Below, in pieces: positions 1 to 9,385 of a stretch of DNA of 64,000 nucleotides. The notes under the pieces were generated by a model that worked only from the letters and a program-made list of their open reading frames with translations, was not told where the DNA came from and did not search any database. Made by a program: the position numbers and the translations under genes. Origin of the DNA: Rhina ancylostomus (taxonomy: Eukaryota). Numbering within the stretch: position 1 is the first letter of the stretch; the number at the start of each line of letters is the position of its first letter. Location: assembly GCA_030265395.1 (NCBI GenBank), contig JARFYF010000002.1, positions 58,524,156 to 58,588,155 on the forward strand, written 5' to 3'.

Positions 1-189
1 AATTTATAAATGCATGTCATATTCAATCTCTACTCAGAGGAGAAAGGAATTCAAAGCAAAGTTGCTGAACGTTTGGATGACAATGCCTTTTATAGTAATT
101 GCCCAGGAGAAATATCCATCATATCAACAATTTGTGCAATGTTCCATGTTCAGTGTTGAGTAATGAAATAGCCATCATATAACCTGACT

Positions 190-445
190 GAGTGGCATTG
201 ACCAAAAGATAAACAATGGCTGTAGAACACTAGGAACATTCTCCTGCTCTTCTCAACACTGTACATGGGAATGTTTTAAACCTCCTGAGAGGGCAGATAC
301 AGACTTTATTAACTTGTTAAAGACAACAGCTCTGCACTACACATTTTTGCTGGGTACTGCATGGGTCTATCCGTCTGGCTATGTACTCAGCCTTGGAATG
401 GTACTTGAACACAAAACCTAGGTACTCAGAAGTGAGAGGATGCCT
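190..445 (-). mobile_element. DeuSINE (SacSINE1-like) tRNA-derived SINE, decayed
   Basis: Resembles the reverse-strand SacSINE1 consensus as recalled: ctcctgctcttc...catggga...cctgagagggcaga...gtacttgaacacaaaacc...actcagaagtgagag. Confidence 0.7.
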
Positions 446-1639
446 GGAACTTCAGATGATGTTATAAATTACTCTAATATCCTATGGATGACCTGTAAGA
501 GCTCATTTTGAATGTGTTCCATTTGGTAAATACATTTACTATGTGTCATTCTGCATCCTTCAAACTTACCATGGTTCACCTTCACTTCAAAGCACTACGC
601 AGACAGTGTGGAGCTGTCCTAATTCATTTATTTTTAAATAAATAAATTCATTTATTTCACTTTCCATCATAGATTTCTGAACTAATGATAGTATTTAAGC
701 TTTAAGCAAAGTGCACTTATTTTGAAGGTAGAGTTAAAGCTTGATATTTTAGTACCATTTATTTATATTTTAATTGCATTTCCAAGACTACATACAGACA
801 CATGTATTAACAGTTTTGAAGCCAGAATAAAATTTGTAACCACAATGACTGTGGAGCGTGTACTTACACTGTAGTTTCTTGGCATGCCTCTTTATATGAT
901 GGGGTTAATGTCTGTTTAAGTTTTGAAGGAGTTTATTTGGTATGAATGGCCAGTATTCAGTTGAGGTGGACTTGGTGGGGAAACTAAAGATTCTGTTTAA
1001 CCAGTGATCTTGTTGGTTTGGATTGCTATTCTTGACTGGATTTTGGCTCATGTCTGTGATTGGCTCATTTCCCCTCTCTGTTTGCTCCTAGAAAGAGTTT
1101 TCTTTAATAACCATTTCCTTTCTTTGTTGGTATGCTAATGGATTGGCATTTAGATTGTACCATTCCATACCACTGCTGCCATAACACCCCCTCAGAATGC
1201 TGGAGATTTGGAGAGGAAATAAATAACCATTAATTCTCTGGCACAAAGTCTCTCTCATAGTGAATAAAACAGCAAAAACAATGACTTGGAGCAAGATGCA
1301 ATAGCTGGCACATCAACATACTTCTCAAAATTGATTATTATTAACTGAGCAGCTGTTAGAATCACCACCAACATTACACCATTTAGAAGCTGAATCAGAT
1401 AATGCAAATAACCTGATATTGTTTCTTCACATTCCTCCCAATGGATTTTGGAAAATGCCATGTTAATTTACTCTCATTGGATGGTGTATTTTAAAAGATA
1501 TCAAACCATCCATCAGCATTATGGAGTGGAATTAATCACTTCCCCCTAAACAGGCTTGCTTCAGTTTTGCCATAACGTCCCTCTTGATGTCTGAATCATG
1601 GGTCCAGGAGGCAAATCCACTTTATGTATATATTGTTTT

Positions 1640-2350
1640 ATCTAAAATAGTTCACAATTAAGAAAATATGTGAAGGACTTCTAAGGAGGAAAATATGTTG
1701 GAGGGATTTTGGGAGAGAATCAAGCATGGATCTGAAGGTTTGGTTCTCAATGATTAATTAAAGTGAAAGGGATGGACAATAATGCAGAAAAAAATCTACA
1801 TAAATGGAGACATAAAGATTCTGCAGATGCTGATATCTGAAATAACACACATGAAATGCTGGAGGAACTCAGCAGGTCAGGCAGCAGCTATGGAGGGAAA
1901 TAAACAGTCGATATTTTGGGTCGAGACCCTTCATCCTTGAAGGATTTTAGAAAAATAAGGAAGGATAATTGACAAAGGGGTATAAATACAAGACTGAGAA
2001 TTTTAATTTGAGCATATAGATTGGCCAGAAATGATGGCAATAAGTGTAGGTGTTTTGGAAGAGCTGAAGTTTACAGAGACTGGAAAAATGGGAAGATTGT
2101 GATCAGAGTATTTGATTGGTTGGGTCAGATGATGATAAGGCATGTGATATCTTATCATCATGCCTTGAAAGTTGGCATTGGGTTTAAAGTGAGCAGAGAA
2201 CAAAGGTTGCAAAGTACTTTGCTGAGCTTGAGGCTCATTATGGTTAGGGGATGAAATCAATGGTACAAGTTCAGAATTTGTGATGGGGGCCAAAGAGAGT
2301 TGTCTGGATGTTATGGGGAAATTTGACCCATGTAGCGTTGGATGCTGAGG
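1640..2350 (-). mobile_element. L2-clade LINE 3' fragment, highly decayed, interrupted by a Penelope terminus
   Basis: Purine-rich + strand resembling the antisense of the elasmobranch L2 ORF2 end (gggattttgggagaga..., gttttggaagagctgaagtttacagag...). No intact ORF. Confidence 0.55.
1806..1937 (-). mobile_element. Penelope-like element terminal (pLTR) fragment with degenerate hammerhead core
   Basis: ctgcagatgctg...atgctggaggaactcagcaggtcaggcagc...gggtcgagacccttcatc. The minus strand reads GATGA-AGGGTCTCGACCC-AAAA. The same sequence directly follows a GIY-YIG ORF end at 41040-41692. Confidence 0.7.
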
Positions 2351-3869
2351 TCCTGAAATTTCGGCGAGGCTTTTCAGTATTTTTTTATGAATGTACTGAG
2401 CCCTCCTCTGATATAGGTGCCTCTTCTAGGAAGATCAGAAAGACCTTTGTTTGTCCTCCAGCTCCCTGAAATAAAAGAAAAGAATTTCCAAAGAGGCAGT
2501 TGGTGGTGATCTGAAGTTACAAATCATCAACAAGAAACGACCCAGGAAACATAATGAAATCTACAAAGGAACAATGAACTAATACAAAAGGCCAACAAAA
2601 TACTGGTACCTGCAAATAACAAAGGTTATTACAGTCAGGTGTTATTTACCAAATGTATCTGCCACATTGTGTATTTTCAGTGCTCCACATTGTCCCTTGA
2701 TTGTTACACATTTTCCTGAGTCATCCAGGGCAATGTGAATAGAAAATGTCTCTGTGCTACCCCTGGCTACGCTGATTAGAAAATACAATTCTCTGGATAT
2801 AATGACAGCATAGCTTTGATTTTAATTTGGAGATGTTGAATGCCAAACTATAGGAGGTTACCTGTATAGCAGATGCCCTTTCAATGGCTTGAAAACATGA
2901 GAACATTTTACCTTGGGTTATTTTTGTGAAAACAGGAACAAGAGAGACCTCCAAGCAATTATCTTAATGGGAAACATAACCAAATTGTTATTGTCAGCAG
3001 AATCTTGCAAAGCAAGACGCATGCAGTGTGTAATGCATTCAAGATAATCTTGGACAAGTTGTTGTAATGTTTTCTTCTTTATTTACACACATTTAGAACT
3101 GGCAAGCAATAATTGTTGATTTTGTAAATGTAGTTTATTCAAATTATATCAAATACAAACAATGAAAGTACATATTAAGTGTAGTATGTCCTTCTATAGT
3201 GAGGGTTTATTTATTACACAGTACATTTGGGGCTCCTGAGCCAACAATTCCAACTATTCCTTCTCAGTGGTGTCCAGTTAATTGTGTTTGTTACCAGTAC
3301 TGACATGATTTATGCAGGAGTCTGGAAACTTGGGGGGGGGGGCGGTGGAAAGAGGTGACACAGATGTTAGACAAGTGTCTACTGTTCTCTGCTGCTGGTG
3401 CAATGGATTATGCATCTAAATTGGTTCATCATAATGTTCTTGTATCTGCAAGAAGACCTCACAAATATTATGACTTGTTACATGTGGTAGTTAACAATTG
3501 CATGGGCCAAATTATCATGATTTTAGAACCTTCTTTGTGAAGAACCTTAGGCAAGATATTAGGTAAAACAATCTTCAGGCCCATGAGCCAAAGAATATAA
3601 AGTTCTCTCAGTGAAGGACTTCAAAGTCCAACATCAAAATGTCTTGGTAGCACTACCAATGACCAAGCTTCTGGTGAACACAGCTCCTAAACTGTGTCTG
3701 CAATAGGTGGCAAAGGTTAAATTCACCTGATCTTAACCCTATCAATCTACCTGTTGCAGATCCATCTGCTCATTACAGTATTCGCAGGGCTGTTCTCTTG
3801 ACCATTCTTGTGGAAACAGAGTCCTGTCCTCACCATGGAGATCTTTGTGACTACAAGACTGCATGAAAT

Positions 3870-4526
3870 GCAATAGATTCAAAACAGTTTTGGAAGTTCA
3901 AAACTCATTATCCATGCTATGTTCCTGGTTATAGTGGAGTAAACAGTCACTGTGGACTTTGTAGAGTCTGTTGTCAACTTTCGCTGGATAATTCCTAATC
4001 CTGCACACCTCCACTATCTCACTGGTAGCCCATCTCTTCACTTTTGACCTATTAGGAAATCTATCCGGCAGACTGAAAAGTTTCTCCTTGTGACTTGAGA
4101 CATGACACAAGCACCGCTTCTGTTTCCTCTCCTCCACTCTCCTTCCAAATTGGCTGGACAAGATGCAACTCCTTTCTGAGGTGCCAACATTTCAGCACTC
4201 CACTGGGACTATTTACTGATGGGAATAAGGGATTGTTTTCTAGACTGGAAAGGATGCTGAAAAATAATGTTTCATGATAATTATTCAATTAATTCTCCTT
4301 CACCAGTTTCTTCAATGGCTCTTTTTTATGCCATCTGACCACCTCTCCAATGGAGGCTGGCTGATCCAGAGAAGTGAAACCATATTCTACTCTATTACAT
4401 TCCATAAATAGACTAAATTGAAAGGATATGAATTGTGGACCATTTTCTGACTTTATTCTTGCACGGTCTGTGCCTGGCAAAGATAGATCTCAATTCCTTA
4501 TTCTTACAGGAGTTTGAGAGTCCACA
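3870..4526 (-). mobile_element. Ty3/Gypsy integrase remnant with frameshifts and stops
   Basis: Minus-strand translation ELRSIFARH...IKSENGPQFISFQFSLFMECNRVEYGFTSLDQPASIGEVVR matches the integrase core SDNGPQF..S..HPASNG..ER. It is followed by a C-terminal-like segment KRW..IVEV..RNY..KVDNRL.KVH.D. Confidence 0.85.
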
Positions 4527-4538
4527 TTTGACATAGTC

Positions 4539-4836
4539 CTGGAATCATACACAATTGAAACAGGCCCTTCAGCCCACCAAATACGTGCCCATTTACCTTA
4601 ATCCCATTCTTATTCTTCTTTCATTCTTGTCAACTTCCCCCAGATTCTACCGCTCATCTACACGCAAGGAATAATTTATAGCAGGCAATTAATCTACCAA
4701 TTTGCATGTCTGAGGCACCCAGAGGAAGCTGACATGGTCACAGGGAGAATGTAAAAATCCCACACAGTCAGCACCAGAGGTCAGGATTGAACCAGACTGT
4801 GAAGCAGCAGTACTCTTTGCAGTGCCACCATGTTAC
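4539..4836 (-). mobile_element. HE1/V-SINE-type tRNA SINE inserted in the Gypsy element
   Basis: tRNA-like head (rc of caggattgaacc), V-domain (rc of ggtcacagggagaatg) and CR1-like tail (aacaggcccttcagccca). Flanked by a 12-bp TSD tttgacatagtc (4527-4538) / tttggcatagtc (4837-4848). Confidence 0.85.
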
Positions 4837-5077
4837 TTTGGCATAGTCTCCGAAATTTCCAAGATCTGAGGCTCGACAGCCGTTTTTGCATTGTCTGCGT
4901 TTCCAGATTTTGTGAGGCTGCTCTTTTACTTGCAATCAATTTTGCGTGTTCTATGTTTTTGCCTCGTTTTCAGGCTGGCCTCTTAATTCACTGCAATTGA
5001 CTGTGAGTTTCCCAAATTCGCGCTTTTGATGCAGAATTACTTTGTCACTTTCCATGGCTGTGATTCTTTGCCATCCT

Positions 5078-5292
5078 ATCCTTGCTGCCAGTGTGGGATA
5101 TATAATGTCTGCAGATATCTGCAGAAATCAACAAAATCCATTCGCAGAGTGTGCAGAAAAATACATGCAGGACACAGGCTGATCAAAAAAAGTGTCCTAG
5201 TTAATCAAAGGCCCTTCACATCTCTGGAACTTAATGAATATTGTTGGCCAGGGGATGATTAGTCACATGACACAAATCTTAAAAATGTTACA
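5078..5292 (-). mobile_element. Gypsy 5' LTR (5092-5292) plus primer-binding site (5078-5090)
   Basis: The minus strand begins TGTAACA and ends CCCACA, then c-TGGCAGCAAGGAT, resembling the TGGCGACGAGGAT PBS of fish Gypsy elements. It lies upstream of the integrase on the same strand. Confidence 0.55.
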
Positions 5293-5374
5293 GCCTTAAC
5301 GCCACAGCCTTAAAATATATGTGTGTTTATCCACCACCCTGATTCAGAGAGACGGGGAAAAGGATTCTTGAGAG

Positions 5375-6262
5375 GTTGCAGAAGACTGGAAAACTGCAAA
5401 TGGAATGCCACTAATCTTGAAAGGATGGAGTTAGAAAATGAGATGACAAGCCTAATACCTTTCCTTGTGAAAAGTGTCGGATTCCATTATTAAGGAACTG
5501 AAAAAAATTAGAAAATCAGAAAACAATTAGGCAGAGTCAACATGGTTTTATGAAAAGGAAATAATATTTGCTAAATTTGCTAGAGTTTTCTAAAATAAAG
5601 TGACTAAAGAGAAATTAGTAAATGTAATGCATTTGCATTTTCAAAATGCATTTGATAAAATACCACATCAAAGGCTACTGTGCAACATAAGAACACAATA
5701 GGGTTAGGGTTGGGATGGATAACAGACAATGAAGCATATAGTCATCATTCAGTCTACAGCTGGACTCCTGTGTACCACACTAAGGAAGGATGTGATCGCA
5801 CATGATGGGTGCAGAGAAAATTCACCAGAATATTGGCCTGGATAGCATGTTTCAGCCATGAGGAGAGAATAGACAGCCTGGGTTTGTTTTCCTTGAAGCA
5901 GAGAAGGCTGAGGGTTGGTCTGGCTGATGTATACAAAATTATGAGGGACATAGATAGCATAGGTGTGAGAAACTTTTCCTCTTAGCAGAGGTGTCTATAT
6001 CCAGAAAGCATAGGCTTAAGGCATAAGAGATTCACAGAGGCATGTGGAAACATTTTTCTCCCCACACAAAGTGTGGTTGAAATTTGATCTGCCTGAGGTC
6101 ACGTACTCTGACAACACTTAAGAAGTATTTGGAATGGCACTTGAAATGCCACAACATTGAAGGCTGGTGGTTGAGTGCTGATACAGGTGATGGATTAGAT
6201 AGAAAGGTTGGATAGATACATGGAACCAATGGGCTGGGTGGCCTGTTTCTTTCTGTGCTATT
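5375..6262 (+). mobile_element. CR1 LINE ORF2 (RT) fragments and 3' UTR, decayed and internally deleted
   Basis: DWKTAN.., QSQHGFMK, FQNAFDKIPHQRLL motifs, then an SLKQRRLR..L.DVYKIMRDID segment and the CR1 tail aatgggctgggtggcctgtttct. Confidence 0.85.
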
Positions 6263-6764
6263 TCACTTATGCCTCAAAATGGAATAATAAAAAAATATAG
6301 CTGGACTGCAGATAAGAACAAGTTCACCATACTTTAAATAAATGTTATACTTCAGAAAGCAGGCAAGGTTCTCTAAAAGGAGAAAATAATTTTTGGTGTT
6401 ATGACCATTGCCTCCATAGGTCCTATTTGGATTGTACAAGGCAACATCTATGTATAAGTGCCAGTAATGAATCTGTTGCATGATAATGTGGAGGTGAAAG
6501 TCAATTTACAATGGCAACTTGTTTCAGGCTTCAGTGGAAAAGAAGACTAGGTGGACTGTAATCAAGCTGCTTATTCTTCTGCTTCTATTTTGTGCTCCAA
6601 CAAATCGAGAATTTCACCAGCTACACTTCTGAGAAGTTGGCGGAAAGCTCTGATAAAGATCATCACATCCTTTCTTTGATTGTTGGACTCCCTCATTAGC
6701 AGAACCCATATCAACACTGACATAGTCATGGTAATTGAATTCATTTATGAAATTATAGAAATAG

Positions 6765-7985
6765 TATGACACAAAAGGAGGCCATTCATCCCACTTAATC
6801 TCTTTCATCTCTGTGTACAGAAATCCTGTCCATTGTCTCTGCTTTCCCCCCAAATTCCGCAAGTTATTTTCTCTCACGTATCTTTACAATTCCCCCAAAA
6901 GCCCTGATTGATTTTGTTTCCACCAACCTTACATGATATGAGTTTGAAATCCTAACTAGCCTTTAAACATCTTTCCCTCCCCATAACTCTGTTGTATCTT
7001 TTTCTCAAAAATTTTAATTTGTGGCCCCTGGTCCTTTGATCCTCCTTATTGGGAACAACTCCCTCTGCTTCCCCTCTGGATCAATCATGATTTTGTACGT
7101 GTCTATAAAATCTCTTCTCAACATTCATTGCCTAACTAACCTGAGATTATTCTGTTTAAACTCACAGCTGAAACCCTCATCCCTTGAACCATTCTAATAA
7201 ATCTTTTCTGCAACCTCTTAAGCATCTTCATATCCCTCCTGAAATGTGGTGACCAGAATTGGATGTAGTACTTCTGTTGGAGCCAAAATGTTTTATTCAA
7301 ATTCAACATTTGATGCCTCTATTTATGAAGTGAAGGATTCCACGTGTTTTATTAACTATTTTATTTATGTCCTGTGCCACTTTCAAGGATTTATGCATAT
7401 GTACACCAAGGTCTATTTGCTACTGCACATTCTTTAGAACATTTAGCCTCTATTATTCCCTCTTACTGCCAAAGTATCACTTCACCCCTGAACAAATTTC
7501 ATCTGCTACTTGCCTGTCTATTCAGTCAATCTATCCATAACTTCTTGCAGTCCATTCCTATCCTCAAGGTTTACTACTCTTCAATACTTGGTGTCATTTG
7601 TAAATTTGTAAATATTACTCTGCATAATTATGGTTAAACTATCACTGTAGTTCACAAAATCAGAGCTTCCAGCAATGACCCCAGGGGAATGCAATAAGTC
7701 CATAATCCTCCAATATGAAAAGCAACCAATAAACACCCAATCCTTGTGGAGTGTGGACAAGGCATAATGGAGAGTTTTATGCCTTGAATTGGCTTCAAGG
7801 CATGAAACACTCAACTTTATGCCTTGAAGCCAATTTCCTATCAATTTATTATTAAATCTTTAATCCCACTGGCTTCAATTTTGTTAACTTTTTTGTGTGA
7901 GGCTTCATGAAAGACTCTTTGAAGATCAATGCAGATGACATCTCTCAAACCTCACTGTTACCTTGTCATAAAATTTAGTCAGATT
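6765..7985 (-). mobile_element. CR1 LINE 3' portion, decayed
   Basis: Antisense CR1 tail (acaaaaggaggccattcatccca), rc QFWSP (tgtggtgaccagaattg), rc YKFTNDTKY (a YADDTK-type motif) and IGNWLQG. Confidence 0.8.
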
Positions 7986-7992
7986 AGTCAGA

Positions 7993-8226
7993 GTCAGAGA
8001 CTTTTTCCGAGGGTGATAATGGCTAACACGAGGGGACATAATTTTAAGGTGATTGGAGGAAGGTATAAGGGGATGTCAGGGGTAAGTGTTTTTACACAGA
8101 GGATGGTGGGTGCATGGAATGCACTGCTGGCAGAGGTTGTGGGGGCAGCTACATTAGGGACATTTAAGAGACTCTTAGATAGACACATGAATGATAGAAA
8201 AATAGGGGGCTATGTGGGAGGGAAGG
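7993..8226 (+). mobile_element. Young CR1 LINE 3' end, truncated by an assembly gap
   Basis: SQRLFPRVIMANTRGHNFKVIGGRYKG...FTQRMVGAWNAL.AEVVGA.TLGTFKRLLDRHM is the canonical CR1 ORF2 C-terminus. Confidence 0.92.
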
Positions 8227-8326
8227 NNNNNNNNNNNNNNNNNNNNNNNNNNNNNNNNNNNNNNNNNNNNNNNNNNNNNNNNNNNNNNNNNNNNNNNNNN
8301 NNNNNNNNNNNNNNNNNNNNNNNNNN

Positions 8327-8511
8327 GCGCGGGGCACTCCTTCTTTGTGGGCTAGTGGAGCCCGCGCGCGGGAAGGTCACGTGACCTGCGCGTGACGTCA
8401 GCGTGGGAACAGTGTTTATTAAAGGGGCAGCGCACCCGAGTCGTTTATTCGGCTCTTGGCCTCCAAACAAGTGTCCCGTGTCTTAATTCAGTGTAGCTAG
8501 TCGCCACAACA
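8327..8511 (+). mobile_element. CpG-rich LTR fragment (Gypsy-type), 5' part hidden in the gap
   Basis: Abrupt GC/CpG-rich block ending ...gtcgccacaaca (CA terminus), with a TATA-like tttattaaag and E-box/CRE palindromes. Confidence 0.55.
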
Positions 8512-8589
8512 TCTCCATTTGTTTCCCTTATCTCTTAAGCACCTATGGTTTTTTTAACACAGTAAATACTGAGGATAAATATTCTTTAA

Positions 8590-9385
8590 AAATTCCACCC
8601 ATCTCCTGTGGCTCGAGACACAGGTAGCCCTGCTGACCTTTAAGGGGACCTATTCTCTCCCTAACCACTCTTTTACTCTTAGTGTATCAATAAACATGTT
8701 ACAGTTGGAGCTTTGAAATACATCTGAAACCAAAATGTTGTTTCTGAAATATATCTGAAACCAATCGATGTGCCCCTTCAATATTTTTACAATATTCTCA
8801 CAAGAGACTTCTTCCATGGTTTGTGTCACTCGTAAACTTATCATTGTCTCATTTTTCTCCACCTCAACTCCCAGAAATAATATTATCACCTTCTTTTCAC
8901 ATATGGTGGCAGTGCTCTGTTCTGAGTCATGTCTGGGATCTCAATGATCTTGTTTGCTTAAGGACATCTTCACTCATTCCATGTACCAAGCATGATACTG
9001 CTTCATCCTTCATCAGTCCCATGCCTCCTATTTAAATGCCTTAAAGACTTCTGGGTTCTCTTTTATGTTAGCTGCTATTTTCTTCTCGTACTCTGCTCGT
9101 TTTAGTTTCCTTCCACTTCCTCTCTCAACTTACTACATTCTTTGCCAAGGATTCTATTGCAGGCACATTTTGGTTGCATTTTTTTCTGCAATATATTGGA
9201 ATGATGCCAACTTTTATGACAGCACATTGTGGCTGCTAAAGTTGGAGATGGGGTTGTTATTTGAAATTTTCAGAGTTCCATTTCTGGAAGGTTCAACATG
9301 GACAGATAGTTCCCTCATTAATCCCCTTAAGATTACTTCTAACATCCAGAATTTCTTCAAGTTTTCTTCCAATTACCTGCAGTAA
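8590..9385 (-). mobile_element. CR1 LINE mid-ORF2 fragment, decayed
   Basis: Antisense pattern typical of elasmobranch CR1 (ttaaggggacctattctctccctaaccactcttttactctt); rc reads DTLRVKEWLGRE. Confidence 0.55.

Noticed and set aside
2380-2482. Strong minus-strand acceptor cttttcttttatttcag followed by short ORFs
   Set aside because: There is no convincing donor, the peptides are unrecognised, and the open frame runs into L2 sequence.
3458-3482. Possible 3' LTR partner of the Gypsy element (cacaaatattatgacttgttaca vs cacaaatcttaaaaatgttaca)
   Set aside because: Similarity is limited to about 22 bp, there is no adjacent polypurine tract, and I see no alignment over the rest of the LTR.
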